In this document: positions 40,418-49,357 of the stretch, in pieces | How positions within the stretch are numbered: the first letter of the stretch is position 1 | How the letters are laid out: every line of letters begins with the position of its first letter | DNA from: an uncultured Gemmatimonadales bacterium | GTDB taxonomy: Bacteria; Gemmatimonadota; Gemmatimonadetes; Longimicrobiales; RSA9 | Assembly (NCBI GenBank): GCA_963816355.1 | Contig: CAWFKH010000006.1 | Span: 192,001-256,000 of the forward strand | Reading direction: 5' to 3' | DNA length: 64,000 nucleotides | The notes under the pieces: generated by a model | Told to the model about the DNA's origin: nothing | What the model saw: the letters and a program-made list of their open reading frames with translations, nothing else | Database searches by the model: none | Program-made: the position numbers and the translations under genes

Positions 40418-40815
40418 AGCCGCGCGGGCCGGAAGGCATGGGCGGCGGCGACGAGGCTTCCGGTCTGCTGCGCACGCTCGTGCGGCTGGAGGAGCGCTTC
40501 TGGAGGGCGGACGCCCGATTCTACCGCGAGAACCTGTCGGAGAACTGCCTCATGATCCTTCCCGGCGTCGGCGTGCTGTCGCGCGAGGCGGCGATCGAGG
40601 GGATCGAGAACGGGCCTCGCTGGGCGGCGGTCGACATCACGGAAGCGCGCATCACCGAGCTGGCGCACGGCGCCATGGTCCTCACCTATCGCGCGCTCGC
40701 CACGCGCGAGGGCCGGGGCGTGCCGTACGAGGCGCTCGTCAGCAGCGCGTACGTCGAGCGCGACGGCGGCTGGAAGCTCGCCTTCCACCACCAGACGCCC
40801 GCGCGGCCGCGATAG
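40414..40815 (+). CDS. NTF2-like / DUF4440-type protein
   Basis: LEERFW, VLTYRA, SSAYVERDGGWKLAFHHQTP; GTGA overlap. Confidence 0.8.
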   Translation: MKPRGPEGMGGGDEASGLLRTLVRLEERFWRADARFYRENLSENCLMILPGVGVLSREAAIEGIENGPRWAAVDITEARITELAHGAMVLTYRALATREGRGVPYEALVSSAYVERDGGWKLAFHHQTPARPR

Positions 40816-40883
40816 CTGCCGCGGCGCCGACGGCGCGAGGCGCAGCGCCAACAGCACGAGCCGCGGCGCCAACGGCGCGACGC

Positions 40884-42158
40884 TCACCCGCCGTGCGGCC
40901 GCTCTTCGCGCTGCAGCCGCGCCGCGACCGCCTCCATCTCCTTCATCGCACGCAGCAGGTTCTGCCCCGCGATCTTCTCGAGCTGCTCCTCCGTGTAGCC
41001 GCGCCTCAGCAGCTCCGCGAAGAGCACGGGATAGGCGGCGACGTCCTTCATCCCCAGCGGATAGTCGCCGCCGATGCCGTCGTAGTCGGAGCCGAGGCCG
41101 ACGTGGTCGATTCCGGCGACGTTCACGATGTGGTCGATGTGGTCGGCAATGTCGCCCGTGGTCGCCCGCGGCCGCGGGTGCGCCTCGGTCCACGCGTGGA
41201 CCTGCGCCTCCTCCTCCTCGCGCGTCGCCGAGGAACGCTTCGCCACCTCGCGAACCGAGTCGAGCCCGGCGCTCCACGCGCCGATCCCCTTCGCGGTGAA
41301 GCAGGGGCAGAAGTTCACCATCACGACGCCGCCGTTCTGCTTCATGCGCGCGAGCACGTCGTCCGGCACGTTGCGAGGATGGTCGACCAGCGCGCGCGCG
41401 GAGGAGTGGGAGAAGATGACCGGGGCGCGGCTGACGCGCAGCACGTCGCGCATGACGTCCGCGCTGACGTGCGAGATGTCGACGAACATGCCGACCCGGT
41501 TCATCTCGCGGACGACGTCGTCGCCGAAGGCGGTGAGGCCGCCGTGGCGAGGGAAATCGAGCGCGGCGTCCGCCCAGGCGAGCGTCGTGTTGTGGGTCAG
41601 CGTCATGTAGCGCACGCCGAGCTCGTGGAGCATCCGCAGCGCCGCGAGCGAGTTCTCGATCGCGTGTCCGCCCTCGACGCCGATCAGGGACGCGATCTTG
41701 CCCTCCTTCTCGATGCGCTCGATGTCGGCGGCGGTGGACGCCATCTCGTACGCCCGCGGGTACGCGGCGACGAGGCGGTGTGCCATGTCGACCTCGCGCA
41801 GGGCCTGCCGCAGGGCGGCGCCGGTCGCGATCGAGTCGTTCTCCACGTACGCGGACCAGAACTGCGCGCCCACGTGCCCCGCGCGCTGCCGCGGGATGTC
41901 CGTCTGAAGCGCCGGCTGGCCCTCGTCGAGGTGGGCGGCGTACGGATCGCCGTCGAACTTCTCCAGCAGCTCGGAGGGCAGGTCGTTGTGGCCATCGATG
42001 ACCGGAACGCGCGCGAGGATCGCGTCGGCGCGGGCGAGCAGCGCCGGATCCGGCGCCGGCCAGTCGCGCTGCTGCGCGGCGGCGGGCCGATAGGTCATGG
42101 CGAGCGCGAAGGCGACGGCGAGCGCCAGTGACGGCGTGCGCGCGGCGGAGTAGAGCAT
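40884..42158 (-). CDS. Exported dipeptidase (M19, renal dipeptidase family)
   Basis: Signal peptide; IDGHNDLP, GAQFWS, GVEGGH, TLTHN, DISHVS, SHSS, GLGSDYDG. Confidence 0.93.
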   Translation of the reverse strand: MLYSAARTPSLALAVAFALAMTYRPAAAQQRDWPAPDPALLARADAILARVPVIDGHNDLPSELLEKFDGDPYAAHLDEGQPALQTDIPRQRAGHVGAQFWSAYVENDSIATGAALRQALREVDMAHRLVAAYPRAYEMASTAADIERIEKEGKIASLIGVEGGHAIENSLAALRMLHELGVRYMTLTHNTTLAWADAALDFPRHGGLTAFGDDVVREMNRVGMFVDISHVSADVMRDVLRVSRAPVIFSHSSARALVDHPRNVPDDVLARMKQNGGVVMVNFCPCFTAKGIGAWSAGLDSVREVAKRSSATREEEEAQVHAWTEAHPRPRATTGDIADHIDHIVNVAGIDHVGLGSDYDGIGGDYPLGMKDVAAYPVLFAELLRRGYTEEQLEKIAGQNLLRAMKEMEAVAARLQREERPHGG

Positions 42159-42231
42159 CGGTCGCTCCGTGCGGACGGTTCGAGTGCGGAGGGACGCAAG
42201 GTAGGCGCGACGCGACGCGTCGGCCAGCCGG

Positions 42232-43014
42232 TCAGTCGGAGCCGCCGGCGGAGGCGGTCGGCGCGTACTCGGACCGATACTCGAGCTTCACGCCCGCCGA
42301 GTTGCTCGCCTTCGTGACGACGACGAGCCGGCTCGTGCCGGGCGCGCGCGAGACGCGCTGCTCGACGTGGACGAGGTCGCCCACGTGGCGCTTCAGCTCG
42401 AGTGCGTCCCCCTTCCAGGATGCGCTCGCGTCGACCGTGGCGCCGTCGCCCCACTCGACCGACACCTCCCGCCCGGACGTCGGGACGATCGCGATGGCGC
42501 CATCATCGAAGGTGATGTGGACGACCGTGTCGCGCTGCTCGATGCGCAGGCCGCGCGGCGGATGCAGCAGGCCGTCCATCACCGCGCCGGCGCTCTCGTA
42601 GGCCTGGCGCGCGTCGGACGCACCCCGCCTGCGACCCTCCGTCCCCTCGCCCCGCCCCTCGCCGTCCTCGCCGCCCTCCCCCGGCCCCATGCGGCCCGGG
42701 CCGTAGCCGCCGCCCGGACCCATCCCGCCACCGATCGTGCCGCCGCCGCCGAAGCGGCTGCGGCCCCGCCGTGGATCGCGCCAGCCGGAGCCGCCGATCA
42801 GCGTCAGCGGGTCCTCGCTCGCCCTGCGGTCGATCGTCCAGTCGCCGGAGATCTGGACGCCGGGCGGCGGCGTGCTGCGCCCTGTGGATGCGCAGGCGGC
42901 GAACAGCGGCACGAGCGCCGCCGCGAGCAGGAGGAGGTGCCGGTCGGCCGCGCCCGCGGGCGATCGCGACGCGCGCGTCGCCCACGGGAGCCCGAAGCGG
43001 AGGAGTGCGAACAT
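42232..43014 (-). CDS. Hypothetical lipoprotein with Gly-rich insertion (beta-rich, lipocalin-like)
   Basis: FAAC lipobox; ISGDWTIDRRAS; GGG-rich loop; beta-strand pattern ASWKGDALEL. Confidence 0.65.
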   Translation of the reverse strand: MFALLRFGLPWATRASRSPAGAADRHLLLLAAALVPLFAACASTGRSTPPPGVQISGDWTIDRRASEDPLTLIGGSGWRDPRRGRSRFGGGGTIGGGMGPGGGYGPGRMGPGEGGEDGEGRGEGTEGRRRGASDARQAYESAGAVMDGLLHPPRGLRIEQRDTVVHITFDDGAIAIVPTSGREVSVEWGDGATVDASASWKGDALELKRHVGDLVHVEQRVSRAPGTSRLVVVTKASNSAGVKLEYRSEYAPTASAGGSD

Positions 43015-43022
43015 GGTTCCCC

Positions 43023-44714
43023 TCAGGTTCCGCTGTGTCGCTGGGCCGCCAGTCGGATAGCGGCGTAAGCGTCGGCGATGCCGCCGGTGCGCGACAGCTC
43101 GTCGAACGGGATGGTGCCCTCGCCGCCCGGCCGCGCGACCGCCTGGTCCGGGTAGCGGGCGGCCGACTCGAGCAGGATCCGCTTGACGTCCGGTGCCGCG
43201 AGATCAGGGAAGTACGCCATGAGCACGGCGGCGAGACCGCTCACGACCGGCGCCGCCATGCTGGTGCCGCTCTCGCGCTTGTAACCGCCGGGCACCGTCG
43301 AGCGGATGTCGACGCCGGGCGCGAAGAGGTCGACCTCCTGCTTGCCGTAGTTGGAGAAGGGGGCGGCGAGGCTGTCAACGCCGCGCCACGAAGACGCGCC
43401 GACCTCGATCCAGTTCGCCGCCGAATCCCCGCTCAGGTAGTGCGGATTCGGGAACTCCGGCGCGCCGTCCACGTCCTTGCCGTCGTTGCCCGCCGCGTGG
43501 ACCATCAGCACCCCCTTCGAATCCGCGTAGCGGACCGCGTCGTCGACGGCGCCCTTCTGCGGCGAGTACGCCTTGCCGAAGCTCATGCTGATGATGTCGG
43601 CGCCGTGGTCGACGGCGTAGCGAATGCCGTTGGCGACGTCCTTGTCGCGCTCGTCGCCGTCGGGGACCACGCGGACCACCATCACCCGGATGTCCGGGGT
43701 GCGCCCGCCGGCGCCCGTCGCCGTCGCGCGCTCCTTCAGCACGATCCCGGCGACGTGCGTCCCGTGCAGCGCGTCCGGGCCCACCACGTCCGCGTTGCCG
43801 TACGTGCGCTGTTTCGTGTTCGCGTAGTCGTCGCCCACGATGTGGCGCGGGTCGTACTCCGGGTTGAAGCCGTAGTCGACCATGCTGGTGTACTGGTCCC
43901 TGCCCTCGGCGAGCGCTTCGGCCGTGAGCCCCTGCGAAGCGAGCTGGAGGTAGATCTGCTGCGCCCGCTGGACGCCCGGCGACGCGGGCTCGAGCGAGGC
44001 GACGCTCTCCGCGCTGAGCGAATCCCCGCCGAGCGCAGCGCTCAGCGTCGAATCGACCTGCGCCGTCATCGTCTCGATGCGCTCGATCTGCGTCAGCGTC
44101 TGCGTCGCTTCCTGGCGCCGCTTCTGGAAGTCCGCCTCCACCTCGCCGCAGCGCTCGAAATCCGAGCGCGCCTCGCCCTTCAGCGTGTCGGCGCTCGCGC
44201 CGGCGAACCGCTTCTGGCACGCCGCGTAGAGCCGCGTGACCTCCCACGTGTCGTGCTCGACGTCCCCCTGGGCGCCGCCGATGTAGTCCCAGCCGCGCAC
44301 GTCGTCGACCAGGCCATCGTCGTCGTCGTCCTTGCCGTTCACCGTCTCCTTCGGGTTCTTCCAGAAGTGGCCGCGCAGCTCCGCGTGCGTGGTGTCGATC
44401 CCGGAGTCGATGATCGCGACGACGACGCTCCGCTTCGGCTCGCGGGACGCCAGCAGCGTCCGCGCTCGCTCGAGGCCGATCCCCGGATAGCGGCCGCCGC
44501 TCAGATCGGTGAGCCACCAGCCTTCGGCCGGCTCCTTCGCCGGCGCCGCCGCGGGGGCCGGAGCGGTCGCGGGCGCCGGCGTCGCGCGCGGGGCCGGTGC
44601 GGTCGCCGGCGCCGGCGCCGGGCCCGGCGCCGGCGGGGTGGTGGGAGTGGTCGCTCGCGGCGCGCAGGCGGCCGCCAGGAGGAAGGGGACGAGGACGCCG
44701 GTTCTGCGGTTCAT
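43023..44714 (-). CDS. S8 subtilisin-family serine peptidase lipoprotein
   Basis: LAAAC; catalytic AIIDSGID, HGTHVAG, GTSMAAP; oxyanion AAGN; Pro/Ala linker. Confidence 0.94.
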   Translation of the reverse strand: MNRRTGVLVPFLLAAACAPRATTPTTPPAPGPAPAPATAPAPRATPAPATAPAPAAAPAKEPAEGWWLTDLSGGRYPGIGLERARTLLASREPKRSVVVAIIDSGIDTTHAELRGHFWKNPKETVNGKDDDDDGLVDDVRGWDYIGGAQGDVEHDTWEVTRLYAACQKRFAGASADTLKGEARSDFERCGEVEADFQKRRQEATQTLTQIERIETMTAQVDSTLSAALGGDSLSAESVASLEPASPGVQRAQQIYLQLASQGLTAEALAEGRDQYTSMVDYGFNPEYDPRHIVGDDYANTKQRTYGNADVVGPDALHGTHVAGIVLKERATATGAGGRTPDIRVMVVRVVPDGDERDKDVANGIRYAVDHGADIISMSFGKAYSPQKGAVDDAVRYADSKGVLMVHAAGNDGKDVDGAPEFPNPHYLSGDSAANWIEVGASSWRGVDSLAAPFSNYGKQEVDLFAPGVDIRSTVPGGYKRESGTSMAAPVVSGLAAVLMAYFPDLAAPDVKRILLESAARYPDQAVARPGGEGTIPFDELSRTGGIADAYAAIRLAAQRHSGT

Positions 44715-44845
44715 GCGCTATCCATGTCGGGTGAATGTCGTGCAAGCGTACCCCGATCCGCCCGGCCCGTGTTCCCGGGGAAGGGCGCGGAGCGGTCGTG
44801 GACGGGCGCTGCCGGGCTTCTTTCGCGAGGATGGGTCCGGCGGGA

Positions 44846-44875
44846 GGGGGACGCCGGAGAAGACCGGCGTCCCCC
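44846..44875 (-). terminator. 12-bp GC hairpin downstream of the cupredoxin gene (no U-tract)
   Basis: gggggacgccgg-agaaga-ccggcgtccccc, 11 nt past the stop at 44887. Confidence 0.55.
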
Positions 44876-44886
44876 CGGCGCTCGCC

Positions 44887-45750
44887 TCAGCTGACGGTGA
44901 ACTGACGGATCATGCCGTGCGCGACGTGCGGTTTCCCGTCTGGTCCGGGGAAGAAGCACAGGTACGCGTAGTCGCCCGGCGTGAGATCGACCTCGAAGTA
45001 GCTCGCATCACCGGGCACGATCCCCGTCACGCCGCCGATCGGCTTGCCGGGAGGATCGCCCTGCATGTTGCCCTCGACGTAGGTCGCTACGTCCTGCGCC
45101 GTCTTGCCCGGCGCGAGCTGCACCATCACCAGCTCGTGCGGCTGCTGACCCGCGTTCTCGACCCGGATCACGTGGTGTCCGGCCGTCAGCGGCGCGCTCT
45201 CCTCGAAGCCGTAGTCGACCAGCTTGACCGTCGCGTCCGCCGTCGGCTCCGCGGTCTCCGGCCCCGAGACGACGGTCAGCGGCCGCGCCATCCCGCTCAT
45301 CACGTGCGGCCTGCCGGTCGAATCCGGGATGACACAGATGATGGCGTAGTTGCCCGGCTTCAGGTCCACGTCGCCGACCGCGGACGCGCCCGGCACGGCG
45401 GCGTTCGGGCCGCCCACGAACACCGCCCACGCCGGCGGAGGTCCCGCGCTCGTCATCGCCTGGTGCAGGTCCGCCAGGGTGTGGCCGTCGTCGAGGCGTA
45501 CGAGTTGCACGTGGTGCAGCGACGGTCCGTTGTTCGTCAGCGTGATCCGAGTCCAGCCGGCCGGAACCGTATCCGGCGCCGCGAAAGCGAAGTCCGCGGC
45601 CGCGATCGCCAGCGCGTGGGCAGGAGCGAGCGTGGTCGCGGGCGCCGCGTTCTCCGCGGCTGCCGAATCGTCCGGGTTCTCCTGCATCCCGCAGCCAGCG
45701 AGGAAGGCGCCCAGCGCCAGCGTGGGGAAGAGGGCACGCATGCGAGGCAT
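44887..45750 (-). CDS. Lipoprotein with two tandem cupredoxin-like domains
   Basis: LAGC lipobox. Domain 1: HHVQL..C-VIPDSTGRP-H-VMSG-M. Domain 2: HELVM..C-FFPGPDGKP-H-VAHG-M. Confidence 0.82.
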   Translation of the reverse strand: MPRMRALFPTLALGAFLAGCGMQENPDDSAAAENAAPATTLAPAHALAIAAADFAFAAPDTVPAGWTRITLTNNGPSLHHVQLVRLDDGHTLADLHQAMTSAGPPPAWAVFVGGPNAAVPGASAVGDVDLKPGNYAIICVIPDSTGRPHVMSGMARPLTVVSGPETAEPTADATVKLVDYGFEESAPLTAGHHVIRVENAGQQPHELVMVQLAPGKTAQDVATYVEGNMQGDPPGKPIGGVTGIVPGDASYFEVDLTPGDYAYLCFFPGPDGKPHVAHGMIRQFTVS

Positions 45751-45886
45751 TCCAGCACTCCCGTGAAAAAGGTAGAGGGGGTCGTCGTCGCCCGCTCGAC
45801 GGTGGGCCGACGGGGGAGGAAGATGCACGGCGCACGAGTCGCACGCCAGCGGTGCGCGACGGCCCGTCCCGCGGGCCGGGCGGCCT

Positions 45887-45943
45887 CTCCCGGGAACGGG
45901 GCGGCTGCTCCCGGGAACGGGGCGGCTGCTCCCGCGAGCGGGG
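45887..45943. repeat. 21-bp tandem repeat, about 2.7 copies
   Basis: ctcccgggaacggggcggctg at 45887 and 45908; degenerate third copy at 45929. Confidence 0.85.
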
Positions 45944-46094
45944 ATCTCCCTGCGCCCGGCGCGGCGTCTCCCGGTCCCCTCGCGCGGGCCGGGCCGGTTT
46001 CGCCGATCCGCCGCCAACTCCCGCATCTCGTTGTGAGACATTACATTGAGAACATGCTGCGTCAGAGCATGCCGCCCCGTTCCTCCGGCGCCGC

Positions 46095-46771
46095 GTGAAC
46101 CGCGGCTTCCTCCGGCGCACCCTCTCCAGCGAGGGAGAGGAGCACCGGTACGTCGTCTATGTGCCCGACGTCTACGACCCCGGCACGCCCATCCCCGCCA
46201 TCCTCTTCCTGCACGGCCGTGGGGAGCAGGGCGCCGACGGCTGGAAGCAGGTCGCGGTGGGACTCGGACCGGCCATCATGCTGCGCGCGGAGCGCTGGCC
46301 GTTCGTCGTCGTGTTCCCGCAGAAGCCGCCCGGCTCCGACGGCTGGTTCGGCCACGCGAAGATCGCGCTGGACGCGCTGGCGCGCACGCGCGCGGAGCTG
46401 GCGATCGACCCCGCGCGCGTCTACATCACCGGCGTCTCGATGGGAGGCTTCGGACGTGGCGCATCGCGGCGCGGCATCCGGATCTCTTCGCCGCCGCCGC
46501 GCCGATCTGTGGCGGTGGCGACGTCGCCCGCGCAGAGGCGCTGCGCGCGATGCCGATCTGGGCCTTCCACGGCGAGGCGGACGACGTCGTGGCGCCCGCG
46601 GAGACGGAGCAGATGATCGCCGCCGTGCGGGCGGCGGGCGGCGAGCCCCGCTTCACGCTGTACGCCGGCGTCGGCCACAACGCGTGGGATCGCGCCTACC
46701 GCACGGAGCCGCTTCCGGCGTGGCTCATGGCGCAGCGGCGGTCGGTTCCCGGCTCGGATGTTAGGTTCTAG
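46095..46771 (+). pseudogene. Alpha/beta-hydrolase (carboxylesterase / predicted peptidase), frameshifted at ~46454; probably a sequencing error
   Basis: LFLHGRGE..RVYITGVSMGGFG is in frame 3; TWRIAARHPDLFAAAAPICGG..FHGEADDVV..GHNAW continues in frame 2. Confidence 0.85.
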
Positions 46772-46783
46772 GGCATGGGAGGC

Positions 46784-47791
46784 ATGGCCGGAATCGCGAC
46801 CGATACGCTCGACCGGAGCGAAGCGGAGAGGCGCTGCCTCTTCTGCCGCTCGCCCCTGCGCAGCGGCGCCGAGGCGCGATCGGCCGCCGGGATCTCGGTG
46901 GCGTTCGACACCGAGGAGCGGCGGGTATGGGACGTCTGCCCCCGCTGCCGCCGCTGGAACCTGTTGGAGCCCGAGGAGCGCGGCGCCCGGATCGACGACA
47001 TCGAGCGACGCGTCCGCCGGCACGGAAGACAGCTCGCCGCCACCGCGAACGTGTCGCTGCTCGATCTCGGCGGCGATCGCGTGCTGCGGGTGGGTCCGGC
47101 GCCGCTCGCCGAGCAGGCGTGGTGGCGGTACGGCCGTGTGCTGCGCCACAGGCACGCACGTTTCGGCAGCGCCATCACGCGCTTCACCGCCTACACCGGG
47201 GAAGGCGTGTCCTTCCTGGGCCGCAAGGTGGGCCGCACGCGGCGGATCCCCTCCTTCGCCTGGGACGATTCGCCGGGCAGCGAAGCGGTCCGCTGGTGGC
47301 GCTTCGGCCGCACAGCGTGGGCCGGCCGCAGCGCATGCCGCCACTGCGGCAGCGTGCTGCGCGCGTTCGACTTCGACGACGCCTGGCACGCGCAGATCGT
47401 CCTCGGCTCCGACGGCCGCGCGGGAATCGGCCTGCCGTGCACCCGGTGCGACCCATGGACGCCGGAGAAGCTCTTCCGCATCGGCGGCCCCGACGCCCAC
47501 CTGCTGCTGCGCCGCGTGCTCGCCTACCAGAACGTCGCCGGTGCCGCCGAGCGCACGATTGCGCGGGCCGCACGCGACATCGAGGACGCCGGCTCCGCCG
47601 CCGCCTATGCCGAGCGGCTCGCCGCCAGCGGCCATTCGCTCCACCGGCTCGGACCGATGCGCGTGCTCGCCCTCGAAATCGCACTCAGCGACGACGCCGA
47701 GCGACGCGCGGCGCGGGCGGAACTCCGTGGCCTCGAGGCGGCGTGGCGCCGCGAGGACGAGATCGCGCGCATCGTCGACGCCGAACTGTAG
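46784..47791 (+). CDS. Hypothetical protein with two zinc-ribbon-like CxxC pairs
   Basis: CLFC..CPRC and CRHC..CTRC; C-terminal helical LALEIALSDDAERR..EEIARIVD; SD ggagg before ATG 46784. Confidence 0.75.
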   Translation: MAGIATDTLDRSEAERRCLFCRSPLRSGAEARSAAGISVAFDTEERRVWDVCPRCRRWNLLEPEERGARIDDIERRVRRHGRQLAATANVSLLDLGGDRVLRVGPAPLAEQAWWRYGRVLRHRHARFGSAITRFTAYTGEGVSFLGRKVGRTRRIPSFAWDDSPGSEAVRWWRFGRTAWAGRSACRHCGSVLRAFDFDDAWHAQIVLGSDGRAGIGLPCTRCDPWTPEKLFRIGGPDAHLLLRRVLAYQNVAGAAERTIARAARDIEDAGSAAAYAERLAASGHSLHRLGPMRVLALEIALSDDAERRAARAELRGLEAAWRREDEIARIVDAEL

Positions 47792-47830
47792 GCGACGCTG
47801 TCCGGCCCTGTCTCGCGCGGGAGGTAGCTC

Positions 47831-48358
47831 ATGCGTTGGCTGTGGATCGTCGCCGGCGTCGTCGGCGCGCTGATCCTGCTCGTGCTGGGAGTCGGGCTGG
47901 TGCTGCCGCGCAGTCACCGGGCGACCGGGAGCCGGAGCTTCGCGGCCGCGCCGGAGGATGTGTGGCGCGCACTCGTCAGCGTGGAGGCGTATCCGTCCTG
48001 GCGACCGGACGTGCAGCGCGTCGCGCTGCGACCGGCGCAGGAGGGGCGTCGTGTGTGGACCGAGCACGGAACGCAGGGCGCGACGACGTTCATCGAGCTG
48101 CGCGTGGAGCCGCCCCGGCTGTGGGTGGTGCGCGTGGCGCCGGGCGGCCCTTTCGGCGGAAGCTGGACGTACTCGATCGAGCCGGCGGCGAGCGGGTCGC
48201 GCGTCACCATCACGGAGGACGGCGAGATCTACAATCCGGTGTTCCGCTTCGTCGCTCGCTTCTTCATGGACATGAACGCCTCGATCGAGCGCTACCTGGA
48301 AGCGCTCGACCGTCGCCTCGCATCCGCGGGCGAAGCGCGCCGGGCGCCGCAGGCGTGA
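47831..48358 (+). CDS. SRPBCC/START-like domain protein with N-terminal TM
   Basis: APEDVW..YPSWRPDV, FGGSWTYSIEP, VTITEDGEIYNPVFRF; SD ggaggt. Confidence 0.85.
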   Translation: MRWLWIVAGVVGALILLVLGVGLVLPRSHRATGSRSFAAAPEDVWRALVSVEAYPSWRPDVQRVALRPAQEGRRVWTEHGTQGATTFIELRVEPPRLWVVRVAPGGPFGGSWTYSIEPAASGSRVTITEDGEIYNPVFRFVARFFMDMNASIERYLEALDRRLASAGEARRAPQA

Positions 48359-48540
48359 CGCCCGGTTCCCGCCGCAGCCGGCGTGAGGCCGCGCGCCGCA
48401 GCCGGCCGCCTTAACGAAAACTCCCCCGCGCGCGTCTTCCTACCGTAGGCGGGCAGTCGCCGCCATAGGCCGGCAGTCGCCGTGGCGACGGCGGCGCCCA
48501 TCGCCGGCGAGGACGCCGGCGCTCATCCCACGGAGGAACG

Positions 48541-49287
48541 ATGCGTAGCCGAAGCTCATGGATCGCTCTCGCGCTCGTCGCGGTGTCCGCGGCAGCGCTG
48601 TCGGCGCAGCAGACGCCGAACCCCAATCCCCGCCCGCGCGCCGGGACGCCGCGCGCGATGATGCGCATGGCACCCGGGCAGGGCGCCGGCTTCGGCCCGG
48701 CCGCGCGCCTGCTGCGGATGCGGGAAGTCCTTTCCCTGACCGACGACCAGGTCTCGCGCCTCGAGGCGCTCGCCCGCAAGCAGCAGGCGCGGCCGACGCC
48801 TCACGCGGCAGACGTGCTCCGCGCCCGCGCCGACCTGCTTCAGGCGACCGAGGGCGAGATCGACGTGGGCGCCGCGCGCGCGGCCCTGGAGCGGATGTCG
48901 AAGCTGCGTATCGACGCCGCCGTCGCGGGGCTCCAGGCCGCGAAGGACGCGCGCGCGATCCTGACGCCCGAGCAGCGAACCCGGATGCAGGGGGTCGAGC
49001 GGCGCATGATGGCGCGCTTCCGCGCGATGCGTCGGGGCGGCAACGGCGACCGAGGAGGCTCCGGCTTCGGTGGCCGCGCGGGCGGCCGCGGCATGATGCC
49101 GGGCATGCTGCCGGGCATGGGGCGCGGCATGATGCCGGGCATGATGCCAGGCATGGGACGGGGCATGATGCCAGGCATGGGACGGGGCATGATGCCGGAC
49201 GGGTTCGACATGCAGCACGGCGCGCCGCCGATGCCCCGGATGGCGCCGCCGGCACCGCCGTCTCCGGACACGACGGGCGGGCGCTGA
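48541..49287 (+). CDS. Spy/CpxP-family exported chaperone-like protein with a Met/Gly-rich tail
   Basis: SD ggagg; signal peptide; two LTxxQ motifs (LTDDQ, LTPEQ); repeated GRGMMPGM at the C-terminus. Confidence 0.8.
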   Translation: MRSRSSWIALALVAVSAAALSAQQTPNPNPRPRAGTPRAMMRMAPGQGAGFGPAARLLRMREVLSLTDDQVSRLEALARKQQARPTPHAADVLRARADLLQATEGEIDVGAARAALERMSKLRIDAAVAGLQAAKDARAILTPEQRTRMQGVERRMMARFRAMRRGGNGDRGGSGFGGRAGGRGMMPGMLPGMGRGMMPGMMPGMGRGMMPGMGRGMMPDGFDMQHGAPPMPRMAPPAPPSPDTTGGR

Positions 49288-49357
49288 ATCGTACGCCGGC
49301 GCGATTCGCTCGCGCCGGCGCACCTTCTCAGGCACCTCTTCAGGCGCCGACTCCGAC

